Positions 55,384-64,000 of a DNA stretch of 64,000 nucleotides are shown piece after piece. The DNA is from Eledone cirrhosa (Eukaryota). Under the pieces are notes generated by a model. It did no database searches, had not been told where the DNA came from, and saw nothing but the letters and a program-made list of their open reading frames with translations. The translations under genes were made by a program, and so were the position numbers. The stretch lies in the NCBI GenBank assembly GCA_964016885.1, contig OZ024750.1, positions 41,540,001 through 41,604,000 on the forward strand. Direction: 5' to 3'. Positions within the stretch are counted from its first letter, which is position 1; each line of letters opens with the position of its first letter.

Positions 55384-58300
55384 GGTATATCTCAGCTGTG
55401 GTAGGGAGTGGCAGACTCTACACCCCAGTCTAGGTGGTATATCTCAGCTGTGGTAGGGAGTGACAGACTCTACACCCCAGTCTAGGTGGTATATCTCAGC
55501 TGTGGTAGGGAGTGACAGACTCCACACCCCAGTCTAGGTGGTATATCTCAGATGTGGTAGGGATTGGCAGACTCTACACCCCAGTCTAGAGGGTATATCT
55601 CAGCTGTGGTAGGCACTGACAGGCTCTACACCCCAGTCTAGGTGGTATATCTCAGCTGTGGTAGGGAGTAACAGACTCTACACCCCAGTGTAGGTGGTAT
55701 ATCTCAGCTGTGGTAGGGAGTGGCAGACTCTACACCCCAGTCTAGGTGGTATATCTCAGCTGTGGCAGGGAGTGACAGACTCTACACCCCAGTCTAGGTG
55801 GTATATATCAGCTGTGGTAGGGAGTGACAGACTCTACACCCCAGTCCAGGTGGTATATCTCAGCTGTGGTAGGGAGTGACAGACTCTGCACCCCAGTCTA
55901 GGTGGTATATCTCAGCTGTGGTGGGGAGTGACAGACTCTACACCCCAGTCTAGGTGGTATATCTCAGCTGTGGTGGGGAGTGACAGACTCTACACCCCAG
56001 TCGAGGTGGTATATCTCAGCTGTGGTGGGGAGTGACAGACTCTACACCCCAGTCTAGGTGGTATATCTCAGCTGTGGTGGGGAGTGACAGACTCTACACC
56101 CCAGTCTAGGTGGTATATCTCAGCTGTGGTGGGGAGTGACAGACTCTACACCCCAGTCCAGGTGGTATATCTCAGCTGTGGTGGGGAGTGACAGACTCTG
56201 CACCCCAGTCTAGGTGGTATATCTCAGCTGTGGTGGGGAGTGACAGACTCTACACCCCAGTGTAGGTGGTATATCTCAGCTGTGGTGGGGAGTGACAGAC
56301 TCTACACCCCAGTCTAGGTGGTATATCTCAGCTGGGAGTGACAGACTCTACACCCCAGTCTAGGTGGTATATCTCAGCTGTGGTGGGGACTGACAGACTC
56401 TACACCCCAGTCCAGGTGGTATATCTCAGCTGTGGTAGGGAGTGACAGACTCTACACCCCAGTCTAGGTGGTATATCTCAGCTGTGGTGGGGACTGACAG
56501 ACTCTACACCCCAGTCTAGGTGGTATATCTCAGCTGTGGTGGGGAGTGACAGACTCTACACCCCAGTCCAGGTGGTATATCTCAGCTGTGGTGGGGAGTG
56601 ACAGACTCTGCACCCCAGTCTAGGTGGCATATCTCAGCTGTGGTAGGGAGTGACAGACTCTACACCCCAGTCTAGGTGGTATATCTCAGCTGTGGCAGGG
56701 AATGACAGACTCTACACCCCAGTCTAGATGGTATATCTCAGCTGTGGTAGGCACTGACAGGCTCTACACCCCAGTCTAGGTGGTATATCTCAGCTGTGGT
56801 AGGGAGTAACACACTCTACACCCCAGTGTAGGTGGTATATCTCAGCTGTGGTAGGGAGTGGCAGACTCTACACCCCAGTCTAGGTGGTATATCTCAGCTG
56901 TGGTAGGGAGTGACAGACTCTACACCCCAGTCTAGAGGGTATATCTCAGCTGTGGTAGGGAGTGACAGACTCTACACTCCAGTCTAGGTGGTATATCTAA
57001 GCTGTGGTAGGGAGTGACAGACTCTACACCCCAGTCTAGTTGGTATATCTCAGTTGTGGTAGGGAGTGACAGATTCTACACCACAGTCTAGAGGGTATAT
57101 CTCAGCTGTGGTAGGGAGTGGCAGACTCTACACCCCAGTCTAGGTGGTATATCTCAGCTGTGGTAGGGAGTGACAGACTCTACACCCCAGTCTAGGTGGT
57201 ATATCTCAGCTGTGGTAGGGATTGGCAGACTCTACACCCCAGTCTAGAGGGTATATCTCAGCTGTGGTAGGCACTGACAGGCTCTACACCCCAGTCTAGG
57301 TGGTATATCTCAGCTGTGGTAGGGAGTAACAGACTCTACACCCCAGTGTAGGTGGTATATCTCAGCTGTGGTAGGCAGTGGCAGACTCTACACCCCAGTC
57401 TAGGTGGTATATCTCAGCTGTGGCAGGGAGTGACAGACTCTACACCCCAGTCTAGGTGGTATATCTCAGCTGTGGTGGGGAGTGACAGACTCTACACCCC
57501 AGTCTAGGTGGTATATCTCAGCTGTGGTAGGGAGTGACAGACTCTACACCCCAGTCTAGGTGGTATATCTCAGCTGGGGGTGACAGACTCTACACTCCAG
57601 TCCAGGTGGTATATCTCAGCTGTGGTAAGGAGTGACAGACTCTACACCCCAGTCTAGGTGGTATATCTCAGCTGTGGCAGGGAGTGACAGACTATACACC
57701 CCAGTCTAGGTGGTATATCTCAGCTGTGGTGGGGAGTGACAGACTCTACACCCCAGTCTAAGTGGTATATCTCAGCTGTGGCAGGGAGTGACAGACTCTA
57801 CACCCCAGTCTAGGTGGTATATCTCAGCTGGGTGTGACAGACTCTACACCCCAGTCTAGGTGGTATATCTCAGCTGTGGCAGGGAGTGACAGACTCTACA
57901 CCCCAGTCTAGGTGGTATATCTCAGCTGTGGTAGGGAGTGGCAGACTCTACACCCCAGTCTAGGTGGTATATCTCAGCTGTGGTGGGGAGTGACATACTC
58001 TACACCCCAGTCTAGGTGGTATATCTCAGCTGTGGTGGGGAGTGACAGACTCTACACCCCAGTCCAGGTGGTATATCTCAGCTGTGGTAAGGAGTGACAA
58101 ACTCTGCACCCCAGTCTAGGTGGTATATCTCAGCTGTGGTAGGGAGTGGCAGACTCTACACCCCAGTCTAGGTGGTATATCTCAGCTGTGGTAGGGAGTG
58201 ACAGACTCTACACCCCAGTCTAGGTGGTATATCTCAGCTGTGGTAGGGAGTGACAGACTCCACACCCCAGTCTAGGTGGTATATCTCAGATGTGGTAGGG

Positions 58301-61300
58301 ATTGGCAGACTCTACACCCCAGTCTAGAGGGTATATCTCAGCTGTGGTAGGCACTGACAGGCTCTACACCCCAGTCTAGGTGGTATATCTCAGCTGTGGT
58401 AGGGAGTAACAGACTCTACACCCCAGTGTAGGTGGTATATCTCAGCTGTGGTAGGGAGTGGCAGACTCTACACCCCAGTCTAGGTGGTATATCTCAGCTG
58501 TGGCAGGGAGTGACAGACTCTACACCCCAGTCTAGGTGGTATATATCAGCTGTGGTAGGGAGTGACAGACTCTACACCCCAGTCCAGGTGGTATATCTCA
58601 GCTGTGGTAGGGAGTGACAGACTCTGCACCCCAGTCTAGGTGGTATATCTCAGCTGTGGTGGGGAGTGACAGACTCTACACCCCAGTCTAGGTGGTATAT
58701 CTCAGCTGTGGTGGGGAGTGACAGACTCTACACCCCAGTCGAGGTGGTATATCTCAGCTGTGGTGGGGAGTGACAGACTCTACACCCCAGTCTAGGTGGT
58801 ATATCTCAGCTGTGGTGGGGAGTGACAGACTCTACACCCCAGTCTAGGTGGTATATCTCAGCTGTGGTGGGGAGTGACAGACTCTACACCCCAGTCCAGG
58901 TGGTATATCTCAGCTGTGGTGGGGAGTGACAGACTCTGCACCCCAGTCTAGGTGGTATATCTCAGCTGTGGTGGGGAGTGACAGACTCTACACCCCAGTG
59001 TAGGTGGTATATCTCAGCTGTGGTGGGGAGTGACAGACTCTACACCCCAGTCTAGGTGGTATATCTCAGCTGGGAGTGACAGACTCTACACCCCAGTCTA
59101 GGTGGTATATCTCAGCTGTGGTGGGGACTGACAGACTCTACACCCCAGTCCAGGTGGTATATCTCAGCTGTGGTAGGGAGTGACAGACTCTACACCCCAG
59201 TCTAGGTGGTATATCTCAGCTGTGGTGGGGACTGACAGACTCTACACCCCAGTCTAGGTGGTATATCTCAGCTGTGGTGGGGAGTGACAGACTCTACACC
59301 CCAGTCCAGGTGGTATATCTCAGCTGTGGTGGGGAGTGACAGACTCTGCACCCCAGTCTAGGTGGCATATCTCAGCTGTGGTAGGGAGTGACAGACTCTA
59401 CACCCCAGTCTAGGTGGTATATCTCAGCTGTGGCAGGGAATGACAGACTCTACACCCCAGTCTAGATGGTATATCTCAGCTGTGGTAGGCACTGACAGGC
59501 TCTACACCCCAGTCTAGGTGGTATATCTCAGCTGTGGTAGGGAGTAACACACTCTACACCCCAGTGTAGGTGGTATATCTCAGCTGTGGTAGGGAGTGGC
59601 AGACTCTACACCCCAGTCTAGGTGGTATATCTCAGCTGTGGTAGGGAGTGACAGACTCTACACCCCAGTCTAGAGGGTATATCTCAGCTGTGGTAGGGAG
59701 TGACAGACTCTACACTCCAGTCTAGGTGGTATATCTAAGCTGTGGTAGGGAGTGACAGACTCTACACCCCAGTCTAGTTGGTATATCTCAGTTGTGGTAG
59801 GGAGTGACAGATTCTACACCACAGTCTAGAGGGTATATCTCAGCTGTGGTAGGGAGTGGCAGACTCTACACCCCAGTCTAGGTGGTATATCTCAGCTGTG
59901 GTAGGGAGTGACAGACTCTACACCCCAGTCTAGGTGGTATATCTCAGCTGTGGTAGGGATTGGCAGACTCTACACCCCAGTCTAGAGGGTATATCTCAGC
60001 TGTGGTAGGCACTGACAGGCTCTACACCCCAGTCTAGGTGGTATATCTCAGCTGTGGTAGGGAGTAACAGACTCTACACCCCAGTGTAGGTGGTATATCT
60101 CAGCTGTGGTAGGCAGTGGCAGACTCTACACCCCAGTCTAGGTGGTATATCTCAGCTGTGGCAGGGAGTGACAGACTCTACACCCCAGTCTAGGTGGTAT
60201 ATCTCAGCTGTGGTGGGGAGTGACAGACTCTACACCCCAGTCTAGGTGGTATATCTCAGCTGTGGTAGGGAGTGACAGACTCTACACCCCAGTCTAGGTG
60301 GTATATCTCAGCTGGGGGTGACAGACTCTACACTCCAGTCCAGGTGGTATATCTCAGCTGTGGTAAGGAGTGACAGACTCTACACCCCAGTCTAGGTGGT
60401 ATATCTCAGCTGTGGCAGGGAGTGACAGACTATACACCCCAGTCTAGGTGGTATATCTCAGCTGTGGTGGGGAGTGACAGACTCTACACCCCAGTCTAAG
60501 TGGTATATCTCAGCTGTGGCAGGGAGTGACAGACTCTACACCCCAGTCTAGGTGGTATATCTCAGCTGGGTGTGACAGACTCTACACCCCAGTCTAGGTG
60601 GTATATCTCAGCTGTGGCAGGGAGTGACAGACTCTACACCCCAGTCTAGGTGGTATATCTCAGCTGTGGTAGGGAGTGGCAGACTCTACACCCCAGTCTA
60701 GGTGGTATATCTCAGCTGTGGTGGGGAGTGACATACTCTACACCCCAGTCTAGGTGGTATATCTCAGCTGTGGTGGGGAGTGACAGACTCTACACCCCAG
60801 TCCAGGTGGTATATCTCAGCTGTGGTAAGGAGTGACAAACTCTGCACCCCAGTCTAGGTGGTATATCTCAGCTGTGGTAGGGAGTGGCAGACTCTACACC
60901 CCAGTCTAGGTGGTATATCTCAGCTGTGGTAGGGAGTGACAGACTCTACACCCCAGTCTAGGTGGTATATCTCAGCTGTGGTAGGGAGTGACAGACTCCA
61001 CACCCCAGTCTAGGTGGTATATCTCAGATGTGGTAGGGATTGGCAGACTCTACACCCCAGTCTAGAGGGTATATCTCAGCTGTGGTAGGCACTGACAGGC
61101 TCTACACCCCAGTCTAGGTGGTATATCTCAGCTGTGGTAGGGAGTAACAGACTCTACACCCCAGTGTAGGTGGTATATCTCAGCTGTGGTAGGGAGTGGC
61201 AGACTCTACACCCCAGTCTAGGTGGTATATCTCAGCTGTGGCAGGGAGTGACAGACTCTACACCCCAGTCTAGGTGGTATATATCAGCTGTGGTAGGGAG

Positions 61301-63615
61301 TGACAGACTCTACACCCCAGTCCAGGTGGTATATCTCAGCTGTGGTAGGGAGTGACAGACTCTGCACCCCAGTCTAGGTGGTATATCTCAGCTGTGGTGG
61401 GGAGTGACAGACTCTACACCCCAGTCTAGGTGGTATATCTCAGCTGTGGTGGGGAGTGACAGACTCTACACCCCAGTCGAGGTGGTATATCTCAGCTGTG
61501 GTGGGGAGTGACAGACTCTACACCCCAGTCTAGGTGGTATATCTCAGCTGTGGTGGGGAGTGACAGACTCTACACCCCAGTCTAGGTGGTATATCTCAGC
61601 TGTGGTGGGGAGTGACAGACTCTACACCCCAGTCCAGGTGGTATATCTCAGCTGTGGTGGGGAGTGACAGACTCTGCACCCCAGTCTAGGTGGTATATCT
61701 CAGCTGTGGTGGGGAGTGACAGACTCTACACCCCAGTGTAGGTGGTATATCTCAGCTGTGGTGGGGAGTGACAGACTCTACACCCCAGTCTAGGTGGTAT
61801 ATCTCAGCTGGGAGTGACAGACTCTACACCCCAGTCTAGGTGGTATATCTCAGCTGTGGTGGGGACTGACAGACTCTACACCCCAGTCCAGGTGGTATAT
61901 CTCAGCTGTGGTAGGGAGTGACAGACTCTACACCCCAGTCTAGGTGGTATATCTCAGCTGTGGTGGGGACTGACAGACTCTACACCCCAGTCTAGGTGGT
62001 ATATCTCAGCTGTGGTGGGGAGTGACAGACTCTACACCCCAGTCCAGGTGGTATATCTCAGCTGTGGTGGGGAGTGACAGACTCTGCACCCCAGTCTAGG
62101 TGGCATATCTCAGCTGTGGTAGGGAGTGACAGACTCTACACCCCAGTCTAGGTGGTATATCTCAGCTGTGGCAGGGAATGACAGACTCTACACCCCAGTC
62201 TAGATGGTATATCTCAGCTGTGGTAGGCACTGACAGGCTCTACACCCCAGTCTAGGTGGTATATCTCAGCTGTGGTAGGGAGTAACACACTCTACACCCC
62301 AGTGTAGGTGGTATATCTCAGCTGTGGTAGGGAGTGGCAGACTCTACACCCCAGTCTAGGTGGTATATCTCAGCTGTGGTAGGGAGTGACAGACTCTACA
62401 CCCCAGTCTAGAGGGTATATCTCAGCTGTGGTAGGGAGTGACAGACTCTACACTCCAGTCTAGGTGGTATATCTAAGCTGTGGTAGGGAGTGACAGACTC
62501 TACACCCCAGTCTAGTTGGTATATCTCAGTTGTGGTAGGGAGTGACAGATTCTACACCACAGTCTAGAGGGTATATCTCAGCTGTGGTAGGGAGTGGCAG
62601 ACTCTACACCCCAGTCTAGGTGGTATATCTCAGCTGTGGTAGGGAGTGACAGACTCTACACCCCAGTCTAGGTGGTATATCTCAGCTGTGGTAGGGATTG
62701 GCAGACTCTACACCCCAGTCTAGAGGGTATATCTCAGCTGTGGTAGGCACTGACAGGCTCTACACCCCAGTCTAGGTGGTATATCTCAGCTGTGGTAGGG
62801 AGTAACAGACTCTACACCCCAGTGTAGGTGGTATATCTCAGCTGTGGTAGGCAGTGGCAGACTCTACACCCCAGTCTAGGTGGTATATCTCAGCTGTGGC
62901 AGGGAGTGACAGACTCTACACCCCAGTCTAGGTGGTATATCTCAGCTGTGGTGGGGAGTGACAGACTCTACACCCCAGTCTAGGTGGTATATCTCAGCTG
63001 TGGTAGGGAGTGACAGACTCTACACCCCAGTCTAGGTGGTATATCTCAGCTGGGGGTGACAGACTCTACACTCCAGTCCAGGTGGTATATCTCAGCTGTG
63101 GTAAGGAGTGACAGACTCTACACCCCAGTCTAGGTGGTATATCTCAGCTGTGGCAGGGAGTGACAGACTATACACCCCAGTCTAGGTGGTATATCTCAGC
63201 TGTGGTGGGGAGTGACAGACTCTACACCCCAGTCTAAGTGGTATATCTCAGCTGTGGCAGGGAGTGACAGACTCTACACCCCAGTCTAGGTGGTATATCT
63301 CAGCTGGGTGTGACAGACTCTACACCCCAGTCTAGGTGGTATATCTCAGCTGTGGCAGGGAGTGACAGACTCTACACCCCAGTCTAGGTGGTATATCTCA
63401 GCTGTGGTAGGGAGTGGCAGACTCTACACCCCAGTCTAGGTGGTATATCTCAGCTGTGGTGGGGAGTGACATACTCTACACCCCAGTCTAGGTGGTATAT
63501 CTCAGCTGTGGTGGGGAGTGACAGACTCTACACCCCAGTCCAGGTGGTATATCTCAGCTGTGGTAAGGAGTGACAAACTCTGCACCCCAGTCTAGGTGGT
63601 ATATCTCAGCTGTGG
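55384..63615 (+). repeat. Three tandem, apparently identical copies of a 2,738-bp higher-order repeat (53 monomers: 50x52 + 3x46)
   Basis: The CAGATG variant lies at 55552, 58290 and 61028. ORFs fall at 55694/58432/61170 and 57912/60650/63388. TCGAGG, GGCATAT, CTGGGGGTG, GGTGTGAC and GACAAAC all recur at 2738 spacing, and 50x52+3x46 = 2738. Confidence 0.96.
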
Positions 63616-64000
63616 CAGGGAGTGACAGACTCTACACCCCAGTCTAGGTGGTATATCTCAGCTGGGAGTGACAGACTCTACACCCCAGTCTAGGTGGTAT
63701 ATCTCAGCTGTGGCAGGGAATGACAGACTCTACACCCCAGTCTAGATGGTATATCTCAGCTGTGGTAGGCACTGACAGGCTCTACACCCCAGTCTAGGTG
63801 GTATATCTCAGCTGTGGTAGGGAGTAACAGACTCTACACCCCAGTGTAGGTGGTATATCTCAGCTGTGGTAGGGAGTGGCAGACTCTACACCCCAGTCTA
63901 GGTGGTATATCTCAGCTGTGGTAGGGAGTGACAGACTCTACACCCCAGTCTAGAGGGTATATCTCAGCTGTGGTAGGGAGTGACAGACTCTACACCCCAG

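Larger units (their letters stand above)
51..63710 (+). repeat. Interspersed 46-bp (and 45-bp) deletion-variant monomers
   Basis: CAGCT-GGGAGTGAC replaces CAGCT-GTGGTA-GGGAGTGAC (e.g. near 51, 355, 505, 551, 24382, 56334, 63663). A subset also loses one A (GTGACGACTC, e.g. near 55, 5368, 13348, 17241, 22535, 29778, 35495, 38681, 44172, 47729). In the two units counted there are 3 per 53 and 7 per 54 monomers. Confidence 0.97.
1..64000 (+). repeat. Tandem satellite/minisatellite array, 52-bp monomer, head-to-tail, running off both window ends
   Basis: Every line is a permutation of GTGGTAGGGAGTGACAGACTCTACACCCCAGTCTAGGTGGTATATCTCAGCT (52 nt), usually with 0-3 substitutions per copy. No reverse-complement copies or non-repeat interruptions were seen. 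Confidence 0.99.

Noticed and set aside
17468-63573. 25 short ORFs (61-87 aa; VYLSCGRE/QTLHPSLGGISQLW/VTDSTPQSRWYISAVVG) as a repeat-protein gene family
   Set aside because: 52 mod 3 = 1, so translation simply rotates through the three frames of the monomer. ORFs arise only where variants (GTGGCAG, CCAGG, TCAAGG) remove TGA/TAG stops. Starts are almost all GTG, there is no promoter/RBS/unique context, and every frame hits stops within a few monomers.
1-64000. CRISPR array or other repeat-spacer system
   Set aside because: There are no unique spacers: all 52 positions are repeat and the variable site has only a handful of alleles. No cas genes or leader are present.
1-64000. Hammerhead-ribozyme satellite (as in newt satellite 2, Schistosoma Sm-alpha, Dolichopoda pDo500)
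   Set aside because: The core CUGANGA and GAAA motifs are absent on both strands. The minus strand has CTGAGAT, which does not fit, and the consensus has neither GAAA nor TTTC.
1-64000. Immunoglobulin switch region (S-gamma repeats are ~49-52 bp with AGCT)
   Set aside because: There is only one AGCT per unit and weak G skew (15 G vs 12 C). The array is at least 64 kb, far beyond known switch regions of up to about 10-12 kb, and has no flanking exons.
1-64000. Telomerase-type telomeric repeat, or tRNA/5S/snRNA/spliced-leader gene array
   Set aside because: The unit is too long and variable for telomerase repeats and lacks strong G-strand bias. It is too short for these RNA genes, with no A/B box, cloverleaf, poly-T terminator or Sm site.
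1-64000. Chi-like/minisatellite core (GCTGTGG, GTGGCAGGGAG) and G-quadruplex potential
   Set aside because: These are only partial matches to GCTGGTGG and the Jeffreys core. There is one G3+ tract per strand per 52 bp, so at best a weak two-tier G4, which is not distinguishable from chance.
1-64000. Embedded transposon, inversion or unique island hidden in the array
   Set aside because: Reading through all lines, I found no stretch departing from the monomer by more than a few bases and no reverse-strand monomers.
1-64000. Assignment to a named satellite family, centromere or organism
   Set aside because: I do not recognise the monomer and see no CENP-B box. It would need a Dfam/Repbase/BLAST search and CENP-A or FISH data.

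Overview
The whole 64 kb window is one uninterrupted head-to-tail tandem array, all on the same strand. The 52-bp monomer consensus is GTGGTAGGGAGTGACAGACTCTACACCCCAGTCTAGGTGGTATATCTCAGCT (27/52 G+C, no CpG). There are roughly 1,240-1,250 copies, including a recurrent 46-bp deletion form lacking GTGGTA and a 45-bp derivative. I see no unique sequence, inversion, gene, RNA gene, mobile element or CRISPR array. All 25 ORFs are chance read-throughs of the repeat. It looks like eukaryotic satellite/minisatellite DNA, but I cannot name the organism or family. The real information lies in the order of variant monomers. There is a left domain (1-~17.8 kb) with its own markers and nested duplications, and a cluster of diverged monomers at the domain junction. 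A mosaic central domain carries derived markers flanked roughly symmetrically by an older layer. There is also a 54-monomer (2,765 bp) duplication, a decayed ~6 kb duplication, and an apparently exact triplication of a 53-monomer (2,738 bp) higher-order repeat. The monomer is quasi-palindromic and several common variants improve its fold-back. I found no evidence for a novel gene-based system. Variant positions were read by eye and boundaries are approximate.
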